DNA of 63,873 nt, filler included, from Octopus bimaculoides (lineage: Eukaryota), in assembly GCF_001194135.2 (NCBI RefSeq). It is 7 parts of 6 records of this genome, joined end to end, with 100 filler letters (N's around TTAATTAATTAA, not from the genome) between each part and the next. Parts side by side here need not be neighbours in the genome. Positions count along the whole stretch, not along the records: positions 1 to 25,734 come from NC_068982.1; 6 more parts are not named here. One strand, 5' to 3'. Shown one piece after another: positions 1-11,146 of the stretch. The translations under genes and the position numbers were made by a program. The notes under the pieces are model-generated. The model saw only the letters and a program-made list of their open reading frames with translations. It ran no database searches and had not been told where the DNA came from. Each line of letters opens with the position of its first letter. The stretch's first letter is position 1.

Positions 1-615
<615 letters not shown>

Positions 616-1382
616 NNNNNNNNNGTACATTTTTATATATGACGTTGACCACTAACGTGGACATTCAATGTGCTAGAAATAGATCACATCTTGTGTCTAA
701 TAAGACATATATAAATATATATATATATATATAAGTCTGTTCATTTGCCTGTCTGTCTGTTTGTCTGTCTATGCATCTATCTATATCCCACTCTTTTTCC
801 TTCTATTCTTGCTCATCAAGTTCACTTTAGTGTTTGTGTATGTGTGCGCCTGCACCCGTATGTAAGTATCTGTGTGCGTGCGTGTGTGTGTGAATGTGTC
901 CGTGTGTGCGTGCCTATATGTATGTATGCGTGCGCATGCGTGCATCTATGTAGACGAAGAACTGTAAACAATCCAATATAGGTTAGGCCTAAATTACATT
1001 AGTAACACAGGTAAAGGTGTGAAACCTCTGTTTGCTCAATTTAGAAGTTTGTTAGCTCGACATTTCTCCTTTTCGTGCCTGTTGTCAGAGCCAAACTCGA
1101 CCAAGTTGTCGCCTTTGTTTAGTTATAGACTGTGTACCAGACGTGGATGTGTATATAGACCGCAAAAAGTCAAGCTGGAGTCTTATCAGTAGCAACATCA
1201 ACAACAAAGGTGCCAAATGCGAGGGCTCTCACTATGACCGCTAGATTTGCTAGAAATAACAGCCAGATCTCTCTCATCACTTTCGAAAATGTTTGAAAGT
1301 CTTCAAAAGAGAAGGCATGTGTGTGTGTGTGTGTGTGTTTCTTTGTATGTGTGTGTCTGTGTATATACATACATATATATAT

Positions 1383-1525
1383 TAGCGGTTCGGCAAAAGA
1401 GACCGATAGAATAAGTACTAGGCTTAGAAAGAATAAGTCCTGGGGTCGATTTGTTCGACTAAAGGCGGTGCTCCAGTATGGCTGTAGTCAAATGACTGAA
1501 ACATGTAAAAAAATAAAAGACTAAA
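1383..1525 (+). mobile_element. 3' half of the abundant cephalopod SINE (family B, '...ttagcggttcggcaaaagagaccgatagaataagtactagg...')
   Basis: The same body recurs at about 7440-7582, 13420-13600, 19520-19700, 33090-33270, 41890-42015, 43405-43600 and 47560-47720. Confidence 0.85.
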
Positions 1526-1589
1526 AAATATATATATACTATATATATGATGTATGTATACATGTATGCATTTGTGTGTGTGTGTGTGT

Positions 1590-1800
1590 ACCCACCACCG
1601 AGGAGATCCAATAAGCATAGAAATTACGTGGTCTGGTAACCATGAAGGTAGGGTGGTAGGAGTTATCTCCCGCTTGCAATAAGTATCAGGTGCAAGAAGC
1701 ACACTGAATAAACCAGCTGGAGGAAACGTCTTCCTGGAGTGAAATGGTAGTATCATCGTCTCTTAGAGGATACCCACATTAAAGTGGCTATAAGCAATGC
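1590..1800 (+). repeat. Unclassified interspersed repeat 3' end with conserved stem-loops, ending in (TA)n (copy A)
   Basis: 1706-1800 aligns by eye with 59150-59245 (ccagctggagga..tc(t/c)tcctgg ... ccaca..aagtggc); both copies are followed by (TA)n. Confidence 0.6.
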
Positions 1801-2234
1801 TATATGTATATATATATCTTACTTTGATACTGTGCAGACTGAGATCCCCGTTGACAGGCCGCTGATATTAGGAGTGTTTGGAGATGATGGGAAATAGGTC
1901 ATTTGAACCCTAGACTACACCAAATTGTTAGAGGAGTGAAGTGGGATAGATTTTGAGATTTATTTAGCATATGCTATGTAGAGTTGGATGCAAGGTGGTT
2001 AGCAGATGCGGGGGCTTTCACCATCATACTAATGATCGTAATCCCAAAGGAGGAAAGATTAACGCCCATTTCTTACACGACCTCTGAGATTTGTTGAAGG
2101 AAGGGAGGCAGTTATTCTTAAACTGACTAGAGACATGTATGGCATCTAGTATAAGAAGAAACTCTGCTAATGATAGTCAAAGTCCAGGTGACAACAGCAT
2201 TAAACCGAGCGACTGATGACGCATAAATCCATTG

Positions 2235-4015
2235 GTCTCCATAAATGTGTTTTATTATGTTAAAGGTGTTCATTATATCTCCTATTTCCTCCCATAGTTA
2301 GCCTTGTTTAACACGTAAATTTTGCACTTATCTTATTACGCTAAAGATTTTAATTATATCTTCGAGTTTCTTTGGTAGTTAACGCTGCTTAACATACTAG
2401 AATTTAACCTGTCACATTCTGTAAAAGAAAACTCTATTGTGTCTTCGAATTTCTTCCATAGTTAACGCTGTTTCACATTGCATTTATCTCATTATTTTAA
2501 AGTCTTCGATTGTCTTTCATAGTTAATGTTGTTAAGCACGTGACACTTCAGCACATAAAGAATAATATTTTAGATTTCTTACATTGACACAACATTACGA
2601 ATTTGTAGTGAAAAGAGCGTATAGGCAATTTAATCAACCTCTTTGGCAACACGTGACAATTGCACGTATGTTATTAAATTAAAGATTTTAATTATATCTT
2701 CGAGTTCCTTTTTGTAGTTAATGCTGCTAAACATGTTAGAACTGTACTTGTCTTATTATGTAAAAGATTTCAATTGTGTCTTCAAATTCCTTCCATAGTT
2801 ATCGCTGTTTAACACGTAACAATTGCACTTGTCTCACTATGTTGAATATTTCAATTGTATCTCCTAGTTCCTTCCATAGTTAACGTTGGTTCACATTTAA
2901 CAATCACATTCGTCTCATTATGTCAAAGATTTCTATTGCCCTCTGCTTCCTTCCATAGTTAACGTTCATAAACGCTTGATATTTCAGTACTCGTTGTAAC
3001 AAGTAGAATAATATCTTAGATTTCTTACATTGACAAAGCACTAGCCAATTTAACCACTCCTTTAACGTAACAAATGCATTTATCTCATTACATGAAAGAT
3101 TTTAATTATGTCTTCGATTTCCTTCCATAGTTACCGCTGCTTAACATGTTACAACTGTACCTGTCGCATTATGTAAAATATTTCAATTATGTCTTCGATT
3201 TCCTTCCATAGTTACCGCTGCTTGACATGTTACAATCGTACCTGTCATATTATGTAGTAAAAGATTTCAATTATGTCTTCGATTTCCTCCCATAGTTACC
3301 GCTGCTTAACATGTTACAGTTGTACCTGTCGCATTATGTAAAATATCTCAATTATGTCTTCGATTTCCTTCCATAGTTAACGCTTCTTGACATGTTACAA
3401 TCGTACCTGTCATATTATGTAAAAGATTTCTATTGTGTCTTCGAATTCCTTCCATAGTTAATGTTGTTAAACGCGTAATATTTTAGCACTCGTTGTAACA
3501 AATAGACTAATATCTTAGATTTCTTAAACGGGCACAGCACTAGCCAATTTAATCAACCCACTTTCCAACACGTAACAATTGCAATTATCTTATAACGTTA
3601 AAGATTTTAATTATACCTTCGAATTCCTTCTATAGTTACCGCTGTTTCACATGTTAGAATCGCACCTGTCTTATTGTATGAAAATTTTCGATTGTGCCTT
3701 CAAATTCCTTCCATAGTTAACGTCGTTTATCAATCAACAATTGTTTCTGTCTCACAATGTTAAATATTTCGATTGTATCTTCCAGTTGCTTCCACAGTTA
3801 ACGCCGGTCCACGTTTAACAATTGCATTTGTCTCATTATGTCAAAAATTTCGATTGTCCTCAGTTTCCTTCCATAGTTAATATTGTTAATCGTGTAAATA
3901 TTTCAACGCTCGTTGTAACAAATAGAATAATATTTTAGATTTCTTACAACGACACAACACTACTAATTTGTAATGAAAAGAATGTATAGCCAAGTTAATC
4001 AACCCATTTGCTTGA
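2235..4015. repeat. Diverged ~81-bp satellite with higher-order structure
   Basis: cct(t/c)ccatag recurs at 3121, 3202, 3286, 3367 and 3448 (period 81-84). A long variant unit (aataatat.ttagatttctt) recurs at about 2563, 3008, 3508 and 3927. The monomer has stops in all six frames. Confidence 0.9.
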
Positions 4016-4682
4016 TTTGGAACACAAAAGGGAAATGTAAGCTCGGCGATATTTGAGTATAGAGTGACAAAACAACACAGTGTCATTCAGTTTATGTTTC
4101 TGTTTGACCTTTAAGTAATAGAATAAAATCGGAGATGGCTTTGTAGTTGACTCGAGACTTCAACTAGCAAACAAGATGATATTGTTAGTGAGAAAGACAC
4201 AAAAGCACACGTTGAGACAAACACGTTTATTACAACACACACGGATATATACACACACATACACATACATACACACATGCATGCATACAATATATGCATG
4301 CATACATAAATATAAATACATAAGTTTTTGTCTACGAAATTACAGAAAGAATACTTAATACACGTTGTTGACTAAAATTATTGTACAAAGCCGTTGATTT
4401 ACTCCGTCATTAAACAGCTTTTCGCTCTTAGCTATTTTTTAGCAACGGCAGAACATATATACATATACATACATATATATATATATATATATACGTACAC
4501 ACACACACATACACACACATACACAGACATACACACACACACACAGGGACATACACACATATATACAGTACCGTGCATAGGTCTTCGGCCACATTAAACT
4601 ATTGTAAATTTCTACTAATTACCAACTTATAAGTGGATGTTTCGCATTGCGTTATGTACAGATGAAACATTGATCATGTTTG

Positions 4683-4913
4683 GCAGTAAGGCGGTGAGCT
4701 GGCAGAAACGTTAGCACGCCGGGCGAAATGCTTAGCGGTATTTCGTCTGCCGCTACGTTCTGAGTTCAAATTCCGCCGAGGTCGACTTTGCCTTTCGGGG
4801 TTGATTAAATAAGTACCAGTTACGCACTAGGGTCGATATAATCGACTTAATCCGTTTGTCTGTCCTTGTTTGTCCCCTCTGTGTGTAGCCCCTTGTGGGC
4901 AGTAAAGAAATAA
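4683..4913 (+). mobile_element. Full-length tRNA-derived SINE (family A) with 19-bp TSD
   Basis: Head taaggcggtgagctggcagaaacgttagc, B-box-like gagttcaaattcc, tail ccccttgtgggcagtaaagaaata. Flanked by gaaacattgatcatgtttg (4664-4682) and gaaacattggtcatgtttg (4914-4932). Confidence 0.92.
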
Positions 4914-4991
4914 GAAACATTGGTCATGTTTGAGTCATTTCCATGCCTATATTTTGTTGTAGGGATTCTAAATGCGAGGTGACCACCAAAA

Positions 4992-5335
4992 ATGGCCGTG
5001 CAAAAGTTTTCAGCCACCTCAGATAAACCAATCAAGATACAGTATTTTAAAACAGAAAACTTTATTACATAATGTTCATTTTAAGAAGTTTCTGTACATT
5101 GTTAATATTTCGTGTGGATTCCCTAAGCTTGAATAATTGCTTCAAAGCGCCTGGGAAGAGATGCGTACAAATCCTTTGCCATCTTCACAGGTATGAGATG
5201 CTATTCTCTGTGACAGCTCCCACAACTCTTCAAGATGGCGTAGATTCTTCTGACGAACTCTTCTCTTTAGTTCTGTCCGCGTTTGGTCGATGATATTTAA
5301 GTCTGGGCTTAGTAAGCGAGAATTTGTTAGAAGGC
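4992..5335 (-). mobile_element. Decayed Tc1 transposon 3' end (transposase C-terminus plus TIR-like end)
   Basis: Manual translation with a frameshift gives SPDLNIIDQTRTELKRRVRQKNLRHLEELW...KDLYASLPRRFEAIIQA*GNP, matching the Tc1 SPDLNPIE...LKRRV...S.PRR..AVI.AKG pattern. TIR-like atggccgtgcaaaagttttcagccacc lies at 4992-5018. Confidence 0.8.
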
Positions 5336-5621
5336 CTCCAGGAAAGCGAAATGACCCACGTTACACGACGAAAACAGTGAAGTTTAGGGGTAAGAGTCTG
5401 ATGCTTTGGGGATACATAAAAAGAGATGATGCAGGATGACAGATATATATATGAGGAAGGAAAAGAAAAGGGAAACTAAGAAAGCTTCTAATAATGCAGA
5501 AAGTTTTCCATAAGAAAGGAGTCTGGGAAATGACCAGTTACACCGATTCTGTTACCTCAGCGTTAGGTTTGCAGTTATACGGGGAGAGAGAGAGGAGGGA
5601 GGGGAGAGAGAGAGAGAGAGG

Positions 5622-5657
<36 letters not shown>

Positions 5658-5736
5658 CTGAGACAGAGAGACAGAGAGAGAAACAGTGAGAGGGGGAGAT
5701 AAATAGACAGATAGATAGATAAATAGACAGACAAAC

Positions 5737-5767
<31 letters not shown>

Positions 5768-6024
5768 CGGTTCTCGGCCGGTTTTGGTGAAAAGGATTTA
5801 GCTTCTTGATTAGCTGAATTACATCTGGAAATTAGCATGTAAGGGATTAAACATCTTATAGACACGTGTACCCTTAATGTAATTCACGAACTGAGAATAA
5901 ACGTAATCGAAATTTTTAACAAGGCTGTACTTTTGAATTAAGGATGTACTCCATCCGCCAGGCTTTTTTACACTTTCCTTTGACTCAGTGGATTTGGTAG
6001 ACAGAAACGAAAAGAAGCCCGTCG

Positions 6025-7400
6025 TGCACCATTCTCCGAGCCTTCCGGCGACTCCAGTCTGACCCCTCCACTTCGCACATCTTCCCTAACCGACCCCTCC
6101 CCTCCTTCAAACGAGCCCATAACCTACGAGGCCTCTTTGTCCATAGCTTCTTCCCTAACCCGACCACCCAACCCGGCTCGTTTCCCTGCTCCCGCCCACG
6201 CTGCCGCACTTGCCCTTANNNNNNNNNNNNNNNNNNNNNNNNNNNNNNNNNNNNNNNNNNNNNNNNNNNNNNNNNNNNNNNNNNNNNNNNNNNNNNNNNN
6301 NNNNNNNNNNNNNNNNNNNNNNNNNNNNNNNNNNNNNNNNNNNNNNNNNNNNNNNNNGGAACACCTCCGAGACATCCGACTCGGCAATGATGCCCTGGTC
6401 GCGCGCCATTTCCGCTTTACCGGTCACTCTTTGCAGCACCTGTCCGTGTTCGGATTGTCCCTGCACAGGAGCCATCTGGACTCCCATTTGCGCTGTGGAC
6501 AAGGATTAATCTTCTCTCTTCGCTCCTTTGCTCCACATGGGCTCAACTCTCCTCCCCTCTTCATCTAACCTCCTGCCCTCACCTCTCCCCCTCACACCTA
6601 CTTCCTCCCACCCACCTTGCCTCTCTTGCTCCGAGTCCTAATTCTCTTAACTCCTAATCTCCTTGTTTCTTCTCTTCACTCCTACCCACCTTCTCCTTCC
6701 CCCTTCATCGTCACCCCTCCGTCGTAACCCCACCTCACCCCTACACATTCCAACCCACCTTCTCTATATTTCCCATCCCATCCCTTACATCCCCTCCCAC
6801 ACCCCACACCTCTACACCCACCCTCTGCCTACCCGCGTACTCCACTTCTACCCCTACCCTCAGCCTAACTCACACACACCTTGCTTTCCCCACTCTCACC
6901 TCCCCACCCCCACCTCCCAACACCATCACACCACACCACACATGACTAGCACACACCACTATACCAGACAACACATCACATCACATGACACTACCACCCA
7001 CACACTAGCACTGACCACTTCCCAGCCCCACACCTTCACAACTACACATACACACACGCACACGTCAAGGTCACCAGCCCTCTTCCACACGCACATACAA
7101 CGCTTTTATACACACGCACACGCACTTTCGTTTTGGGATCACCACTATTTTATTATCTCCCCTTCTTCCTAGCTTTCCTGTGTGACCCTACTGTCCGGCA
7201 TTCACCATGATAGATCGCTAGCCACTACACATTCTTTATTTTCTCCCTACTTTCTTTCTGTGTTCCTTTCTGTGGAAGAGCGTAGGTTCGAAACGTTAAA
7301 GACTTTTTCACTTCCCGAGCGTTAAACTAATACATCTGTTTGTTGTTTACACCACCTGTCTTCGTCTTTGGTTTTTTTTTTGTGAATACTCCCTATATAT
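6025..7400 (+). mobile_element. 5'-truncated Penelope-like element: Cys-rich linker, GIY-YIG endonuclease C-terminus, low-complexity 3' region and terminal repeat
   Basis: Translation from 6025 gives ...FKRAHNLRGLFVHS...GSFPCSRPRCRTCP, then after the gap EHLRDIRLGNDALVARHFRFTGHSLQHLSVFGL...LIFSLRSFAPHGLN (stop 6568). These are typical PLE linker and GIY-YIG tail motifs. The element ends at ctccctatatat. Confidence 0.85.
7263..7303 (+). ncRNA. Putative minimal hammerhead-ribozyme-like motif in the PLE terminal repeat
   Basis: cttt-CTGTGGAAGAG-cgtaggtt-CGAAACGT-T-aaag. Related copies at 12838-12874 (-), 54540-54575 and 56017-56038. The 5' core deviates from CUGANGA. Confidence 0.45.
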
Positions 7401-7582
7401 GTTGTTGTACTTGGGGATGGCCTGTGTGTATTTGTCCCCCATCATCGCTTGACAACCGATGTTGGTCTGTTTACGTCCCCGTAACTTAGCGGTTCGGCAA
7501 AATAACCGATAGAGTAAGTACTAGGCTTACAAAGAATAAGTCTTGGGGTCGATTTCTTCAACCAAAACCATTTAAAGTGGTG
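7400..7582 (+). mobile_element. 3' half of family-B SINE interrupted by the PLE (5' part at 5985-6024)
   Basis: gtggatttggtagacagaaacgaaaagaagcccgtcgt precedes the PLE; tttgtccccc...gcttgacaaccgatgttgg...ttagcggttcggcaaaa resumes after it. Confidence 0.75.
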
Positions 7583-7881
7583 NNNNNNNNNNNNNNNNNN
7601 NNNNNNNNNNNNNNNNNNNNNNNNNNNNNNNNNNNNNNNNNNNNNNNNNNNNNNNNNNNNNNNATACATATATATATACATAAGTATAGATAGATATATA
7701 AATACATACATATATATGCGTCTATCTATATACATATTAAACGGATGTTCACACGCATGTATGCACAGACACACACCTATATATAAAGATGCATAGATCT
7801 ATATATGAATACATATATATACATGCATGGACATATATATATGCATACATCCATATATACATACACGCACATATATACATG

Positions 7882-7921
<40 letters not shown>

Positions 7922-8504
7922 GTCGTAAGATTAGCGATATGCACAATTCAAATAAATGATTCAGCAGGAGCGGTATGCTGAGACTTTATGTTATCAGTAA
8001 CCGCCAGAATAATTAGAATATAGCTGTGCGCGCGTGCGTGCTCTTATATATATACACATACATACATACATACATACATACATACATACGTATATATCTG
8101 CGTATTTGATTAACGTTTATAATTTACGCGCCAAAATACACAAAAACCATATTGATCAGCTATACTGATTGTACTAAAGTGTCCTCTTAAATGGAATGTA
8201 CTAAGCCGATTTAGGTAGCTTTACAGCTTAAGAACAAAAGACTTATAAATTGGCTTCTAATAGGATTAGACCGGCCGATTTTTTTTCTTTCACTGTTAAT
8301 AATGTTATTCTATTTTGTTGTTGCTGTTGTTAATAGTGTTGTTACTGCTGTTGTCTCTATATTATCACAGTAGCTGGCATAGATTCTTGAGGGCAGAATC
8401 TATAGAGTGTTAGACAAAATATTTTTCAAGTATTTAGTTACGAGTTCAAATCCAGCTGAGCGCCGGTTTACTTTTCGTCCTTCAAGGGTCAAGACAATAT
8501 GTTG

Positions 8505-8893
8505 TTGTTGTTGTTGCCATTCCGTCGCTTACGACGTCGAAGGTTCCAGTTGATCTGATCAACGGAACAGCCTGCTCGTGAAAGTAACGTGCAAGTGGCT
8601 GAGCACTCCACAGACACGTGTACCCTTAACGTAGTTCTCGGGGAGATTCAGCGTGACACAGAGTGTGACAAGGCTGACCCTTTGAATTACAGGCACAACA
8701 GAAACAGGAAGTAAGAGTGAGAGAAAGTTGTGGTGAAAGAGTACAGTAGGGTTCGCCACCATCCCCTGCCGGAGCCTCGTGAAGCTTTAGGTGTTTTCGC
8801 TCAATAAACACTCACAGCGCCCGGTCTGGGAATTGAAACCGCGATCCTATGACCACGAGTCCACTGCCCTAACCACTTGGCCATTGCACCTCC
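8505..8893 (-). mobile_element. Full-length tRNA-derived SINE (family D)
   Basis: The minus strand begins ggaggtgcaatggccaagtggttagggcagtggactcgtggtcataggatcgcggtttcaattccc (A box TGGCCAAGTGG, B box GGTTTCAATTCC) and ends in a (CAA)n tail. A decayed copy lies at about 5800-5955. Confidence 0.88.
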
Positions 8894-9016
8894 CAAGAAA
8901 ATATAATGCCGCTCAAATATTGGATTGATTTAATCGGCAAATACACCCACTAAAATGTCTGGCCTTGTGTCTATGTTAGAAATGTATTTAAGGGGAGTGA
9001 CTTTAGAGTGAACGTA

Positions 9017-9185
9017 TATGGCCTAGTTGTTAGGGCATTGTACGCAAGATCGTGGTTTCGACTCTGGGACCAGACAGTGCATTTTGTTTTTGCAGAAACC
9101 ATTTTCTTTCGCTTTGTTGCAGCTCATTCAGCTGTGAATGAGTTAACCCTACGATGGACTGGCGCTCCGTTTAAAGTAGGGTGGT
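9017..9185 (+). mobile_element. Decayed tRNA-derived SINE
   Basis: tggcctagttgttagggc (A box) and gtggtttcgactctgg (B box). Relatives lie at 12225-12425 (-) and 17795-17965 (+). Confidence 0.65.
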
Positions 9186-9289
9186 GATGCTGTGATTTCA
9201 GTCGGTTATACGCCATAACAACTGGTTGACCAGTCCTGTAACTCTTACGACTCGAGACAGTAATGTCTAAGTGATTTACTGTTTTTACT

Positions 9290-11146
9290 TTTTAGTAGAT
9301 TTAGAGCATCGGAAAAAAATACCTTGCACTATTTGTTCCAGCTGTTTACGTTCTAGGTTCATATTCAGCAGAAGTTAATTTTTGTCTTTCGTCTTTCCAC
9401 GTTTCATAATATAAACTATCAACTAAATTCTGTGAATCGATAATCGGCTGTACTATTCTCCTGAATTTGTGGCTCTGTGCCCATGTCAGGAATCAATTCT
9501 GTAAATATTCTATAAGTCAATTCTACGTGCTCGAGAGGGCAGTGAATGGTAGAATGAGTAGAGCACTACACAAAATATTTTAGTTATGTTTCTTTACATT
9601 CAAAGTTCAAATCACTTTCGAGGCACCTTTTTTTTCCTTTTTGATCTTTTGGTGTCTTTAATATAATTATCAGTTAAGCATTTGAGCTGGTTTTACAGAT
9701 CCAACTCCTCCTTCATTTGAGACCTTGTACATGAGCCAAAAGCCGGTATTATTGTTACTTGGGGTTGCTAAGGCGGCGAGCTGGCAGAATCGTTAGCTCT
9801 TCGAACGAAATGCTTAGCGATATTTCGTCCGTCGCTACGTTCTGAATTCAAATTCCCCCAAGGTCGACTTTGCCTTTCGTCCTTTCGGGGTCGATAAACT
9901 AACTACCAGTGAGAAACACTTGGGTCGATGTAATCGACTAGTTCCCTCCACCAAAATTTCAGGCCTTGTGCCTATAATATTTGGGGCTTGCTGCGAACTA
10001 ACAGATTCATTAGCACGCCAGACAAAATGGTTTACAACATTTTTAAGGCGATGAGCTGGTAGAATCGTTAGCACATCGGTTAAAATGCTTAGCGGCATTT
10101 TGTCCGCTTTACATTCTGAATTCAAATTCCGCTGAGGTCGACTTTGCCTTTCATCCTTTCGAAGTCGTAGTTGGGAGCTGGGGTCGATGTAATCGACTTA
10201 ATCTCTCCTCCAAAATTGCTAGCCTTGTGTCAAAATTTGAAATCATTAATATTTAGGGTTAAAGCGGCGACCCAGCAGAATCGTAAGCATATCGAACAGA
10301 ACACTTTGCAGCATTTCTTTCGGATTTACGTTCTGAGTTCAACTTCCACTGAGGCTGTCCTTGCCTTTCATCATTTCAGGGTCGATTAAAAAAGTACCAG
10401 TTGAGCACTGTGAATAGATGAAATCAACTGCTCCTTCCTTCAAAATAGCTGGTACTGCGCCCGGATTAGAAAGATTAATATTTGGGATAAGGCAGAGAGC
10501 TGACAGAAGCGTTAGCACAACGGGCGAAATGCTTTGCGGTATTTCGTCTGCCGTTACGTTCTGAGTTCAAATTCCGCCGAGGTCGACTTTGCCTTTCATC
10601 CTTTCGGGGTCGATAAATTAAGTACCAGTTACGCACTGGGGTCGATGTAATCGTCTTAACCCCTTTGTTTGTCCCCTCTGTGTTTAGCCCCTTGTGGGCA
10701 ATAAAGAAATTGAAGCGTTAGGAGGTCAGGTAAAAGGTTTAGTGGCCTTTCTTCCGGAGCTTAGCGTTCTGCGGTCGAATTCCACCGAGGTTGATTTTTG
10801 CCTTTCATCCTTTCGAACCGTTAAAATAAATACCAGTTGAGCCCTGGTGTTAATGTAATCGACTATGCCTAAAACTACTGGCCTTGTCTCAAAATTTGAA
10901 ACCATTGTTACTTGGGGCAAAAAGATGGTGAGCCGGCTGAATCGTTAGCACGCCGAGCGAAATGTTAAGCGGCATTTCGCCCGTCTTCACCTTCTGAGCT
11001 TAAATTCCGGCGTGGTTGACTTTCCTTGTCATGCTGTCGGGAGTTGATAAAATAAGTACCGGTTGAGCACTGGAGGTCGATGAAATCGACTTATCCCTCT
11101 CCCGAAATTGCTGGCCTTGCACCAAAATTTGAAGTCATTATTTCTT
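9290..11146 (+). repeat. Head-to-tail array of about 8 diverged family-A SINE units (~210-230 bp)
   Basis: Units start near 9290, 9540, 9763, 10044, 10254, 10483 and 10914, with a nested copy at about 10516-10710. A shared junction att(a/g)tta(c/t)tt(g/a)ggg separates units. Confidence 0.85.

Noticed and set aside
1170-1370. Hydrophobic ORF MREIWLLFLANLAV... as a membrane-protein exon
   Set aside because: The same gctagaaata.cagcc motif recurs near 665, 11825 and 19410, indicating a dispersed repeat fragment.
2235-4015. Possible CRISPR-like array or 27-aa repeat protein
   Set aside because: The whole monomer is repeated with no unique spacers, no cas genes are present, the context is eukaryotic, and stops occur in all frames.
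9835-10920. ORFs of 64-96 aa within the SINE array; tRNA-like heads as tRNA genes
   Set aside because: These are chance frames across SINE sequence; the heads have A/B boxes but no complete cloverleaf and continue into SINE bodies.
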